The notes under the pieces were generated by a model, which was not told where the DNA came from, did not search any database, and was given only the letters and a program-made list of their open reading frames with translations. DNA of 64,000 bases, taken from the NCBI GenBank assembly GCA_965232515.1, contig CBDDPY010000002.1, positions 1,792,001 through 1,856,000 on the forward strand, given 5' to 3'. Origin of the DNA: Alphaproteobacteria bacterium (lineage in GTDB: Bacteria; Pseudomonadota; Alphaproteobacteria; GCA-2731375). The first letter of the stretch is position 1. Each line of letters begins with the position of its first letter. Position numbers and translations under genes: made by a program. This document shows, piece by piece, positions 43,783-53,801 of the stretch.

Positions 43783-44718
43783 ATGCCGCAGATCCATGTG
43801 ATCCACGAAAACCAGGAATGGTCGGCGCCGCTGTTCGCCGAGCTGCGCGCCCGCGACCTGCCCTATCGAGACTGGTTCCTGCACGAAGGCGTCTTCGACC
43901 TGTCGCAACCGCCGCCCGAGGGGGTGTTCTACAACCGCATGAGCGCGTCGTCGCATACGCGCGGACACCGATATTCGCCCGAATACACCGGCGCCGTTCT
44001 GGCCTGGCTCGAGGGGCATGGGCGTCGCGTGATCAACGGCGTGAACACGCTTCGCCTCGAGGTCAGCAAGGTCGCGCAATACGCGGCCTTGAACGCGCTC
44101 GGTATCGCGACGCCGCGGACGCGCGTCGCCGTCGGCAAGGCCGCCATCGTCGACGCGGCACGCGGTTTCGACACGCCCTTCATCACCAAGCACAACCGCG
44201 CCGGCAAGGGCCTGGGCGTCCGCCTGTTTGAGGACCTCGACAGCCTGGCGGCCTATGTCGACGGCGCCGACTTCGAAGCACCGATCGACGGGATTACGCT
44301 GATCCAGCAATACATCCGGTCGCCGGAACCGTTCATCACCCGGGTCGAGTTCGTGGGCGACCGGTTTCTTTACGCCGTGCGCGTCGACACCTCGAACGGT
44401 TTCGAGCTCTGCCCGGCCGATGTCTGTGACACCGGCGAACGCGCCCGCCCGACCTTTGAGATCATCGAGGATTTCGACAGCCCGCTGCTGCCGGCCTATC
44501 GCCGCTTCCTGGACGCCAACGAGATCGGCATCGCCGGCATCGAGTTCATCGCCGACGCCGACGGCCGCGCCTATACCTACGACGTCAACAGCAACACGAA
44601 CTACAACCCGGACGCGGAAGCGGTGGCGGGCCTGTCAGGCATGGCCGCGATCGCCGGCTATCTCGGCCGCGAATTGACCGCCCTGACCGCATCCAGGCTG
44701 GTCGCCACGGGCGATTAA
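43783..44718 (+). CDS. RimK/glutathione-synthetase-like ATP-grasp ligase
   Basis: NRMSASSHTRGH, KHNRAGKGLGV, QQYI, GIEF, YDVNSNTNYN. Confidence 0.82.
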   Translation: MPQIHVIHENQEWSAPLFAELRARDLPYRDWFLHEGVFDLSQPPPEGVFYNRMSASSHTRGHRYSPEYTGAVLAWLEGHGRRVINGVNTLRLEVSKVAQYAALNALGIATPRTRVAVGKAAIVDAARGFDTPFITKHNRAGKGLGVRLFEDLDSLAAYVDGADFEAPIDGITLIQQYIRSPEPFITRVEFVGDRFLYAVRVDTSNGFELCPADVCDTGERARPTFEIIEDFDSPLLPAYRRFLDANEIGIAGIEFIADADGRAYTYDVNSNTNYNPDAEAVAGLSGMAAIAGYLGRELTALTASRLVATGD

Positions 44719-45884
44719 CCGGCGGGTCTTGCGCAGACCCGGTCCATCAGCCGGCGCATGAAGTCCTCGCACAGCGCGACCTGCGCAATCGCGACGAACT
44801 CGTTCGGCTTGTGCGCCTGCTCGATCGATCCCGGACCGCAGACGATGGTGGGAATACCGGCCTCCTGAAACAGCCCGGCCTCGGTGCCGAAGCTGACCTT
44901 GCCGCTGTCGTTGGCGCCGCTCAGGCTTTTCGCCAGCTCGGTCACGGCATCGGCCGGATCGGTCGACAGGCCCGGAATCTCCGAGCGCGGCGCGAACGAG
45001 ATCCCGGTCGCTGGATCGACCGCGTGCATCTCCGGCAGCAGGCTGTCGGCGAAGGCCTTGACCTCGGCAAAGATGCCGTCGGGGTCGTGATCCGGCAGAT
45101 AGCGCCACTCGAACTCGAAGCTGCAATCCTTCGGCACGATATTGAGCGCGGTGCCGCCGTTGATGGTGCCGGTGTGCACCGTCGTATAGGGCGGGTCGAA
45201 CTGCGGATCGTGCGGGCCTTGGTCGCGGAACCGCCGGGCCAGCGACTTCATGAAGGCCACGATCTCGGCCGCCGCCTCGACCGCATTGACACCGATATGC
45301 GTCATCGAGGAGTGGCATTCATGACCTCGCACCCGGCAGGTGTAGCTCTTCTTGCCCTTGTGCGCCGATATCACCTTCATCTCGGTCGGCTCACCGACGA
45401 TGCAGGCCTGCGGCCGCACCGGCAGGTTCTCCAGGTCGGCGATCAGCCGGCGGACGCCAATGCAGCCGACTTCCTCGTCGTATGAGAAGGCGAAATGGAT
45501 CGGCGTTTCCAGGTCCCGGGCCAGAAACTCCGGCGCCATCGCCAGCGCCACCGCCACGAACGACTTCATGTCCGACGTGCCGCGGCCATAAAGCCGGCCA
45601 TCGGCCTCGGTGACCGCGAACGGGTCCGTATGCCATTCCTGGCCGTCGACGGGCACCACGTCGGTGTGGCCCGACAGCACGATGCCCGGCCGGTCGGCGG
45701 GTCCCATGGTGGCGAACAGATTGGCCTTGCGGCCGTCGTCGTCGTGGGTCAGCCGACTGTCGATGCCGAGATCGGCGAGATAGTCGCGGACGAAATCGAT
45801 CAGCGCCAGGTTGGAATCTCGGCTCGTCGTGTCGAATCCGATCAGCCTGTCGATCATGGCGCGGCTTGTCAGGGCTGAAGCCAT
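44715..45884 (-). CDS. argE: acetylornithine deacetylase (M20 family)
   Basis: SGHTDVVP, GRGTSDMK, YDEEVGC, GEPT, GPGSIEQAHKPNE. Confidence 0.88.
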   Translation of the reverse strand: MASALTSRAMIDRLIGFDTTSRDSNLALIDFVRDYLADLGIDSRLTHDDDGRKANLFATMGPADRPGIVLSGHTDVVPVDGQEWHTDPFAVTEADGRLYGRGTSDMKSFVAVALAMAPEFLARDLETPIHFAFSYDEEVGCIGVRRLIADLENLPVRPQACIVGEPTEMKVISAHKGKKSYTCRVRGHECHSSMTHIGVNAVEAAAEIVAFMKSLARRFRDQGPHDPQFDPPYTTVHTGTINGGTALNIVPKDCSFEFEWRYLPDHDPDGIFAEVKAFADSLLPEMHAVDPATGISFAPRSEIPGLSTDPADAVTELAKSLSGANDSGKVSFGTEAGLFQEAGIPTIVCGPGSIEQAHKPNEFVAIAQVALCEDFMRRLMDRVCARPAG

Positions 45885-45991
45885 CAATACATATCCAGTT
45901 CGGGTAAACGGTCGGTGCGTCGCTTCTGAAGGGTCTCGCCGACAATAGGCCGCAATCGCCGGGACCGCCAAGCCGGCAATCGGGAGGTCAC

Positions 45992-46837
45992 ATGCAGGAT
46001 AACGCAAATCCGGTCGACGAGACGCCGGGCGCCGAGCTGTGGCGCACGCGCGCCGCGGCCTGGGACAAGTGGGCCGATCACATGGCGAAGCTCGCCGATG
46101 GCATGAACCAGCCGCTGCTCGACGCCGCCGAGATCTCGAGCGGTCAGCGGGTTCTGGATATCGCCTCCGGCGTCGGACAGCCGATGTTCAGCATCCTCGA
46201 TCGCGTCGGATCCGACGGTCACGTGACCGCCACCGACGCCGTCCCGGAAATGCTGACGGCGCTGCGGCGGCGGGTCGCCGAAGCCGGCATCGCCAATGTC
46301 GCGGTCGAGCAGGCCGACATGGAGGCCTTGCCGTTCGACGACACGCGCTTCGACCGGGTGACCTGCCGCTTCGGCATCATGTTCACGCCTGATCCCGCGC
46401 GCGCGCTCGCCGAAATGCGCCGCGTCCTGAAGCCGGGTGGCGTGGCCGCGGCCATGGTCTGGGGCGAACAGGCCCGGGTGACGATGTTCGACGTGATCGA
46501 TCAGGTCACGCGTGAAAAATTGGGCGATAGTCCGTTCGGCGAGACGCGCTTTACGCCCTATCGGCTCGGCCGGCCCGGCGATCTCACGGCACTGCTCGCC
46601 TCGGCCGGGTTTGTCGATCACCACGAGCAGGAGATCCGTTTCAGCTCGCGGATCGATGCGTCGATCCCGTTCTGGCGGCCGAACCTGGAGATGACGCTGG
46701 GCGAGCAGCTGTCCGATCTCGACGAGACCGCCCGGACCGACCTGGAAGACGCCGTCATCGCCGGCTTCGAACCATTTCGCGACGGTAGGGATGTGGTCCT
46801 GCAATCGGAAGTGCGTATCGCCATCGGCCGCGAATGA
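45992..46837 (+). CDS. class I SAM-dependent methyltransferase
   Basis: VLDIASGVG, ADMEALPF, FDRVTCRFG, RVLKPGG. Confidence 0.88.
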   Translation: MQDNANPVDETPGAELWRTRAAAWDKWADHMAKLADGMNQPLLDAAEISSGQRVLDIASGVGQPMFSILDRVGSDGHVTATDAVPEMLTALRRRVAEAGIANVAVEQADMEALPFDDTRFDRVTCRFGIMFTPDPARALAEMRRVLKPGGVAAAMVWGEQARVTMFDVIDQVTREKLGDSPFGETRFTPYRLGRPGDLTALLASAGFVDHHEQEIRFSSRIDASIPFWRPNLEMTLGEQLSDLDETARTDLEDAVIAGFEPFRDGRDVVLQSEVRIAIGRE

Positions 46838-47082
46838 CGGGCCGTCAAATCGACATCTAGTCCCTAACGCATCGGCTAGACACAAATACCGGCAAGCTTA
46901 TGTAAAATAGAGAGGGCCATTCGTGCTCTTGACGGCACGAAGATATACAAGCGCCCGATGACAAGTGATTGCCCAATTCCGATCCCTCGACATTAAGGTT
47001 AACGCGGGTTAAGCATGATTTTCTTTGCATTTATTTCCACGCTCTCCTAACTTCGCCGTTCATCCCGCATCGGGAGGGAACG

Positions 47083-47433
47083 GTGACGGAAAAAAATCGT
47101 AATCCGGCGGTAGCACCGCTACCGCACGATAATTCTTGTGCGACCGACGAGGCGTCGACGGACCGCCAACGTGTTCAATGGTTTGGCCATGTCATCGATG
47201 ATGGCGCCATGCAGGCCGTAAGGGTACACGAGGTATCGCCTCGCGACGCCGTTCTGTGGTGCTTTGCGACGGTTCCGGCCAGCGATCAGCTGACCTTGTT
47301 CGTGCCTGAGCTTGGCCATGTCCGGGCCGATATCGCCTGGCGCGAGGGTCAACAGATCGGCATCAGCTTCGCCGACGACCAGGCCCCCATTGGCGGCTCG
47401 GCCCCGGCCGAGACGATGGGCGAAGCCGCCTGA
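47083..47433 (+). CDS. degenerate PilZ-like single-domain protein
   Basis: GTG with GGGAGGG RBS; beta-rich domain ending ADIAWREGQQIGISF, a PilZ-type C-terminus. Confidence 0.6.
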   Translation: MTEKNRNPAVAPLPHDNSCATDEASTDRQRVQWFGHVIDDGAMQAVRVHEVSPRDAVLWCFATVPASDQLTLFVPELGHVRADIAWREGQQIGISFADDQAPIGGSAPAETMGEAA

Positions 47434-47641
47434 GGCGTCGGCTTAGACAGCGGATTATCCCGTTTTCCAGACCGTTCGTCGGCAACGCGCCGACTTCGCA
47501 AGTATTTACCCGGCTGGGAAAATAGGTTTACAAATCGTCGTGGTTTGAGCGCCGGGCCCGTTGGGTCCTGCGAGGATACGCCGATATCGCCGTCGGCAGA
47601 CCGGCGGTAATCGGCAATCCAAGCCTGATTGAGACGATTGC

Positions 47642-49915
47642 ATGACGATCGCTGGCCGCAAAGTAAAGGCTATGTCAGCGCCCCTGGCGGGCGTCGTTGA
47701 TGTCGAAAGCTTTTACCGTACGATCCTCGATACGGTGGACACCCTCGTCGTCGCCATCGACCGCGAAGGTCGCGTCGCCTTCTTCAACAGGGCTTGCGAA
47801 CAGGTCACCGGATACAGCGCCGACGAGGTGCTGGGCCGCAACGGTCCCGAACTCTTCCTGCCGCCCGAAGAGCGCTATGGCGTCAAGCGCGTCATCGACG
47901 ACATCTATAGTGGCCGCGCGCCGAACAATTACGTCAACCACTGGCTGACCAAGGACGGCTCGCGCCGACTGTTCGTCTGGACCAACAACGCCATCTTCGA
48001 CGAAGACGGCGCCGTCCGTCTGCTGATCGGCACCGGCATCGATATCACCGAGCATCAGCGGCTGCAGCAGCGCTTCTCCGATGCCATCGAGGGCATGCAG
48101 GACGGTTTCGCGATTTACGACGCCGACGACCGGCTGGTGCAGTGCAATTCCCGCTATGTCGAGATGTGGCGTCCGATCGCCGACTACATCGTTCCCGGCA
48201 TGCGGTTCGCCGAATTCTGCCGCCTTGCCTGGGACCATGGCATGGTCCGCGGCACGGACCTCTCTCGTGACGACTGGCTCGACATGCGACTGGCGCAGCA
48301 TCGCGACGCCGGGGGCGTCATCGAACGCCAGATGGCCGAAGACCGCTGGGTGCGGATCACCGAGAGCCGGACCAGCGACAATGGCATCGTCACCGTCGCC
48401 ACGGACATTACGGCCGAGAAGCGGACCGAGGCCGCGCTGCGCGAGAGCGAGCAACGCTTCAAGGATTTTGCCGAGTCCGCCTCCGACTGGCTTTGGGAGA
48501 TGGGACCGGATCTTCGCGTGACCTATATGTCCGACCGGGCCGAACAGGCGACCGGCCGCCCGGTCGCCTGGCATATCGGCAAGGCCCATCAGGACCTCGC
48601 CGAAGATGACATCGATTCCGAGCGCTGGCATCGGCATCAGGACGACCTCGAAGAACGTCGGGCGTTTCGCGATTTCGAGTTTCGGCGCCAGCACCCCGAC
48701 GGGCATATGCAGTGGTTTGCCACCAGCGGCGCCCCGCGCTTCGACGCGGCCGGCAGCTTCCTTGGCTATCGTGGCGCCGCGCGCGACATCACGGCGCGGC
48801 GGCAGGCCCAGCAGGACATGGAGATCGCGCAACGGCGCCTGCAGGACGCCATCGCCAGCAGCCCGGCCGGCATCATGGTGTTCGACGCCGACGACCGGCT
48901 ATTGACCTGGAACGACGCCTATGTCGGCATGTTTCCGCACCAGGTGTCGCTGCTGCAGCCCGGCACGCCCTTCGCCGAGTTCCCCAAGAACTCGGTCCGG
49001 GTCGGCGCCATCGCCCATGGCGAGGCGACGGCCGAAGAATGGGCCCGGTCGCGCACCCGCAGCCATCGCCGTCCCGACAAGGCCGTCGAAATCTCGATGG
49101 CCGACGGCCGCTGGTTTCTGATCAGCGAGCGCCGCACGTCGGACGGCGGGATCATCATGGTCTGCACGGATATCACGCTGCTGAAACAGGTGGAGCACGA
49201 GCTGAAGCGGTCGAACGCCGAATTGGACCAGTTCGCCTCCGTCGCCTCGCATGACCTGCAGGAACCGCTACGCAAGGTGCTCGCGTTCGGCGACCTGCTG
49301 CAGGCGGAATATGGCGCGCTGCTCCCCGACGAGGCGCGCGAATACATCGCCAGCATGCAAAGCGCCTCGGTCCGGATGCGCCAACTGATCGGCGACCTGC
49401 TGTCGCTGTCTCGGATCACGACGGCCGCGGAGCCCTTTACGCAGGTCGATCTGACGCTTGCCGCCCACTATGCCGTCGGCCTGCTCGAGCAGAGCATGGC
49501 CGACAGCGGTGGGCGGATCGAGTTCGACCAGCTCGCCACCATCGAAGCCGTCGAGACCCAGATGGTGCAGCTTCTGCAGAACCTTCTCGGCAACGCCTTG
49601 AAGTACCATCGCGAGGATGTGCCGCCCGTCATCCGGATCACCAGCACCGAGCGGCCGCAGGCCGATGTCTGCGAGCTGCGGGTCGAGGACAACGGTATCG
49701 GGTTCGACCAAAGGCATGCCGAACAGATCTTCGGCGTGTTCCAGCGCCTGCATTCACGCGAGACGTTCGAGGGAACCGGGATCGGCCTTGCGGTCTGCAA
49801 GAAGATCGTCGAACGTCACCACGGGCGGATCTCGGCAACCTCGACGAAGGGCGTCGGCAGCGTGTTCGTGATCGAACTTCCGCTGCGGCAAAGAATGGGC
49901 GGTCAGACGACATGA
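47642..49915 (+). CDS. cytoplasmic multi-PAS sensor histidine kinase
   Basis: Four PAS/PAC-like repeats; FASVASHDLQEPLRK H-box, NLLGNALKY, DNGIG, GTGIGL. Confidence 0.92.
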   Translation: MTIAGRKVKAMSAPLAGVVDVESFYRTILDTVDTLVVAIDREGRVAFFNRACEQVTGYSADEVLGRNGPELFLPPEERYGVKRVIDDIYSGRAPNNYVNHWLTKDGSRRLFVWTNNAIFDEDGAVRLLIGTGIDITEHQRLQQRFSDAIEGMQDGFAIYDADDRLVQCNSRYVEMWRPIADYIVPGMRFAEFCRLAWDHGMVRGTDLSRDDWLDMRLAQHRDAGGVIERQMAEDRWVRITESRTSDNGIVTVATDITAEKRTEAALRESEQRFKDFAESASDWLWEMGPDLRVTYMSDRAEQATGRPVAWHIGKAHQDLAEDDIDSERWHRHQDDLEERRAFRDFEFRRQHPDGHMQWFATSGAPRFDAAGSFLGYRGAARDITARRQAQQDMEIAQRRLQDAIASSPAGIMVFDADDRLLTWNDAYVGMFPHQVSLLQPGTPFAEFPKNSVRVGAIAHGEATAEEWARSRTRSHRRPDKAVEISMADGRWFLISERRTSDGGIIMVCTDITLLKQVEHELKRSNAELDQFASVASHDLQEPLRKVLAFGDLLQAEYGALLPDEAREYIASMQSASVRMRQLIGDLLSLSRITTAAEPFTQVDLTLAAHYAVGLLEQSMADSGGRIEFDQLATIEAVETQMVQLLQNLLGNALKYHREDVPPVIRITSTERPQADVCELRVEDNGIGFDQRHAEQIFGVFQRLHSRETFEGTGIGLAVCKKIVERHHGRISATSTKGVGSVFVIELPLRQRMGGQTT

Positions 49916-50358
49916 CGGAACCGAACCGGCGGGCCGCTATCCTGATGGCCGACGACGACCCGGACGACCGCGAGCTGACGCGGAAGGCACTGTCGGTGGC
50001 ATCCGTTGATTTCGATTTTCAGACCGTCGACAACGGCGAAGAGCTGCTCGCCTATCTGCGCCGCCACCCCCGTGGCAAGGCCAGGGCGCCGCGATGGCCG
50101 GATCTGATCCTGCTGGATCTGAACATGCCGGTCATGGACGGACGCGAAGCTCTGGCCGAGATCAAAAAGGACCAGGATCTGCGCCGCATTCCGATCATCG
50201 TACTGACCACATCGGATGCCGATTCGGACGTGGTCGACAGCTACGAGCTGGGCGCCAACTCCTACCTGACCAAGCCTGGGACCTTCCAGGAGCTCGTACA
50301 GATGGTCAAGCAGGTCGAGCAATACTGGTTCGAGCTGGTGCAGTTGCCGGCCCGTTAG
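49912..50358 (+). CDS. single-domain response regulator (Rcp1-like)
   Basis: ADDD, LLDLNMP, LTTS, GANSYLTKP, YW; overlaps the kinase stop (ATGA). Confidence 0.93.
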   Translation: MTEPNRRAAILMADDDPDDRELTRKALSVASVDFDFQTVDNGEELLAYLRRHPRGKARAPRWPDLILLDLNMPVMDGREALAEIKKDQDLRRIPIIVLTTSDADSDVVDSYELGANSYLTKPGTFQELVQMVKQVEQYWFELVQLPAR

Positions 50359-50523
50359 GCCGCCTTTTTCACCGCCGTCACGGCCGGCGCGGCGCACCGC
50401 CTGGGCCGCCCAACGGCAGGCTCGGGTCGCATTCAGCTTTCATTAACCGAATCCCCGTGAGATGTGCTGGTCGTCGCCTTGTATCAGGTCTGCACCATGT
50501 CTTTCGCGCTGACGGACACTTGT

Positions 50524-51726
50524 ATGATGACCCAGTCCGCTGGCAGTTCGGTGGCCTCGGGTGGGAGCCATTCCGACGGGAGCTCCGGTTTCGCACATCG
50601 TCGGCTGGCCGCCGGCGACAAAGCCGCCATTCTGGTTGTTGACGACGATCGTGAAGACCGGCAGCTGATCGAACGGGCGCTGCGCCGCGCCGAGGGCTGT
50701 GATGTGGCGATCGCGCATGCCGCCGACTTCAGTGCCGCGCTGCAGATGCTGCGGACGGACCGTTTTCGGGTTGCCCTGATCGACCTGCAATTGGGTGTCG
50801 AATCGGGGCTCGAGCTGGTCCGCCAGGCGGGAGGGCGCACCTGCGCGACGCCACTCATCCTGCTCACCGGCGCCGGCACCCGCGCCAACGATGTCGCGGC
50901 CATGGCGGCCGGCGTGATCGACTATATCGACAAGCAGGAGCTCACGCCGACGGTGCTGGAGCGGACCATCCGCTATGCCTGTCATACCCACGCGCTCGAA
51001 TGCACGCTGCACGACACCATGCAACGCCTGGAGCGCGCCAGCCGCGCGAAGTCGGACTTCCTGGCCCGGATGAGCCACGACTTCCGCACGCCGCTGAACG
51101 CTATCCTCGGTTTCTCCGAGCTGATCCGCGACGAGATCATGGGACCGGTCGGCAACCGGGCTTATGCCGACTATGCCGGCGACATCCATGCCAGCGGCAG
51201 CCATCTGCTGGACCTGGTCAACGACGTCCTGGATCTGGCCAAGATCGAGGCCGGTCAGTTCAAGCTCGAACTGGCCCCGATCGATGTCCACGCGGCGGTG
51301 GTCGACGCCGTTCGGGTCGCCGCGCCTCAGGCCGCGCGCAGGGATATCCGCATCAACGCCGGTCCGATGGCGGGCCTGCCGCGCTTGCGCGCCGACGCCC
51401 GGGCTCTGAAGCAGATGCTGCTGAACCTACTGTCGAACGCCGTCAAGTTCACCGACGCCGGCGGCACGATCAGTATCGAAGCGAGCAAGGACAACCGGGA
51501 ATACCGCCTTGCGGTGATCGACACCGGCATCGGTATCGAAGCCGGTGATATCGACCGCGTGCTGGCGCCGTTCGGCCAGGTCCGGCCGACCATCGGCCGC
51601 GAGGAAGCCGGCACCGGCCTCGGCCTGCCGATCGTGAAATCGCTTATCGAGGCGCATGGCGGGCGTCTGGAGATCGACAGCGCACCCGGTAAAGGCACGG
51701 TCGTTGCCCTCTGCTTTCCCGTCTAA
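50524..51726 (+). CDS. receiver-histidine kinase hybrid
   Basis: REC domain (VDDD, LIDLQL, DYIDK) followed by KSDFLARMSHDFRTPLNAILGFSE, NLLSNAVKFT, GTGLGL. Start uncertain (50464-50527). Confidence 0.88.
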   Translation: MMTQSAGSSVASGGSHSDGSSGFAHRRLAAGDKAAILVVDDDREDRQLIERALRRAEGCDVAIAHAADFSAALQMLRTDRFRVALIDLQLGVESGLELVRQAGGRTCATPLILLTGAGTRANDVAAMAAGVIDYIDKQELTPTVLERTIRYACHTHALECTLHDTMQRLERASRAKSDFLARMSHDFRTPLNAILGFSELIRDEIMGPVGNRAYADYAGDIHASGSHLLDLVNDVLDLAKIEAGQFKLELAPIDVHAAVVDAVRVAAPQAARRDIRINAGPMAGLPRLRADARALKQMLLNLLSNAVKFTDAGGTISIEASKDNREYRLAVIDTGIGIEAGDIDRVLAPFGQVRPTIGREEAGTGLGLPIVKSLIEAHGGRLEIDSAPGKGTVVALCFPV

Positions 51727-51915
51727 GGCCGGTCCCCGCACGGGAAACCACGCCGGCTAAAACCGGCATTGCGGCATCGACGGCCGGTAGCCGTCCGGCT
51801 GACGCCCTGAAATCCAGCGCTTCTTAGGCTGTCCCGCCGCCTTCCCACGCTGACATTAACCATCTTGGACGGGTCGCCGACGCGACCTGCTGCGGCAATT
51901 TGTCCACCTCTCGGC

Positions 51916-51974
51916 TGGACAATTCCCATGACGAAGCTTATTATTCATCTCGTCGATATATCGAATTGTTATAT
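51916..51974 (+). promoter_or_regulatory. sigma70 promoter plus probable PadR operator
   Basis: TGGACA-N17-TATTAT (51916-51944), followed by palindrome TCGATATATCGA and inverted repeat ATATATC-N5-GTTATAT. Confidence 0.6.
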
Positions 51975-52093
51975 TATTATGCAAACTATGTAGTTACGCA
52001 GCCGCGGGTGTCCTCGCAAAGGGAATTGAGCCGAGACGGTCTGCGTATGGGGATGGTGACGCTGGCCGGACGGCCATAGGAGCAGGTGACGGC

Positions 52094-52678
52094 ATGGATG
52101 TAAGGACCTTCTGTCTTGGCGTTCTGACGATGGGCGACGCCTCCGGCTACGAGATCAAGAAGCGCCTGGAGGGGCCGTTCCAGCATTTCTATGACGCCAG
52201 CTTCGGCTCGATTTATCCGGCGCTGAACCGGCTCCAGGACGAAGGATTGGTGACCTGCACGCATGAAGCGCAGAGCAAGCGGCCGGACAAGAAGGTTTAC
52301 GCGCTGACGCCCGAGGGCCGCTTGGCCTTCATCCGGGAGCTCAGCAGCGATCCCGGCCAGGATCGGGTCCGGTCGGAATTCCTTGTGCTGATGATGTTTG
52401 CCGAGCTGCTGCCGCTGCGTCACGTATCGAAGGTCATCGATGAGCGCATCGCCACGCTTCAGGGCATCGTCGATCAGATATCCAATCAGGAGTGCGCGGA
52501 AACCTCGCCCAGCCACCGGTTCGTTCGGGGCTACGGGCTGGCGATGTATCGCACGGCAATCAATTACCTGACCGAGAACCGCCACCTCGTCGAGGGCGAT
52601 GCCCTGATGGCGCAGGTCAAGGAAGATCGGACGAACGGCCAGACGCCGGCCGTCAAGGCGGTTCAGGCCGCCGAGTAG
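52094..52678 (+). CDS. PadR family transcriptional regulator (AphA-like)
   Basis: SGYEIKK, SFGSIYPALNRL, RPDKKVYALTPEG. Confidence 0.92.
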   Translation: MDVRTFCLGVLTMGDASGYEIKKRLEGPFQHFYDASFGSIYPALNRLQDEGLVTCTHEAQSKRPDKKVYALTPEGRLAFIRELSSDPGQDRVRSEFLVLMMFAELLPLRHVSKVIDERIATLQGIVDQISNQECAETSPSHRFVRGYGLAMYRTAINYLTENRHLVEGDALMAQVKEDRTNGQTPAVKAVQAAE

Positions 52679-52691
52679 CGGGACGAACGAC

Positions 52692-53801
52692 ATGAAAAAA
52701 TCCGTCATCCTGGCCATACTGATCGCCATTGCGGCGGCTGGCTGGGTGCTGACCGGCCAGTACGGCGACAAGCTCGGCCTGGCCAACGACGTGGAGCGCA
52801 AACCCGCCGGCTCGGTCGCCGATCGGTTGGAGACGAAGGAAAACGCGGACCGGCGCGTCGCCGTCCGGGTCCGGCACAGCGTCGCCGTCGACCGGGCGCT
52901 CACCATCGTCGCCCGCGGGCGCACGGAGTCCTGGCGCAAGGTCGATCTCAAGGCGGAGGTCGAGGGCCAGGTCGTCGAGCTGCCGTTCAAGAAGGGCGCC
53001 CGCGTCAAGCGCGGCGACGTGATCGCCCGACTCGAGATCAACGCCCGTCAGGCGCAGCTCGAGGAAGCCAAGGCTCTCGTGCGGCAGCGCGAGATTGAGT
53101 ACAACGCCGCCAAGAAACTGCGCGCCAAGGGGTTCAGCGCGGAGACCACCTATGCTGGCGCCAAGGCCAGCCTCGATGCCGCCAATGCCATGGTCAAGCG
53201 CATGCAGGTCGCACTTGACAAGACCATCATCCGGGCGCCGTTCGACGGCGTGATCGACGAACGCATGGCCGAGCTCGGCGCGTTCGTGAAGGACGGCGAT
53301 CCGATTGCCCGTCTGGTGGATGAGGATCCCTATCTGGTGGTGGCCGAGGTTTCCGAGGACCGCATCGGTCAGCTCCAGGTCGGTCAGCCCGGCAGCGCCC
53401 GGCTGGCCACCGGCCGCGAGGTCCGCGGCACCATCCGGTTCATTGCCAGTGTGGCTTATTCCGCGACGCGGACCTTCCGCGTCGAGCTCGAGGTGCCAAA
53501 CGACGACCGCAGCCTGCGGGACGGCGTCACCGCCGACGTGCGCTTCCCGACCGACGTCATCAAGGCCCATCTGGTCTCGCCGGCGGTCTTGACGCTGAAC
53601 GATGCCGGTCTGGTCGGCGTGCGCTGCCTGGACGGCGACGAGCGCGTCGTCTTTCACCCGGTTGACGTAATCGGCGATCAGCCCAACGGCGTCTGGATCG
53701 CCGGCCTGCCGGAACGCATCGATCTGATTACGGTCGGTCAGGAATATGTCCGACAGGGCGACAGCGTGAAGGCGATCCGGTCGGAGGGCGCCACGTCATG
53801 A
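52692..53801 (+). CDS. RND efflux periplasmic adaptor (MFP)
   Basis: N-terminal anchor, lipoyl halves (GQVVEL...IRAPFDG), TRTFRVE. Confidence 0.92.
   Translation: MKKSVILAILIAIAAAGWVLTGQYGDKLGLANDVERKPAGSVADRLETKENADRRVAVRVRHSVAVDRALTIVARGRTESWRKVDLKAEVEGQVVELPFKKGARVKRGDVIARLEINARQAQLEEAKALVRQREIEYNAAKKLRAKGFSAETTYAGAKASLDAANAMVKRMQVALDKTIIRAPFDGVIDERMAELGAFVKDGDPIARLVDEDPYLVVAEVSEDRIGQLQVGQPGSARLATGREVRGTIRFIASVAYSATRTFRVELEVPNDDRSLRDGVTADVRFPTDVIKAHLVSPAVLTLNDAGLVGVRCLDGDERVVFHPVDVIGDQPNGVWIAGLPERIDLITVGQEYVRQGDSVKAIRSEGATS

Noticed and set aside
51727-51900. GC-rich hairpins after the hybrid kinase as a possible riboswitch
   Set aside because: No conserved riboswitch motif recognised; short stems are expected at this GC.
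40535-52000. tRNA-Gln as an integration site for the downstream accessory-looking genes
   Set aside because: No integrase, no duplicated tRNA 3' end seen, and composition similar to core genes.
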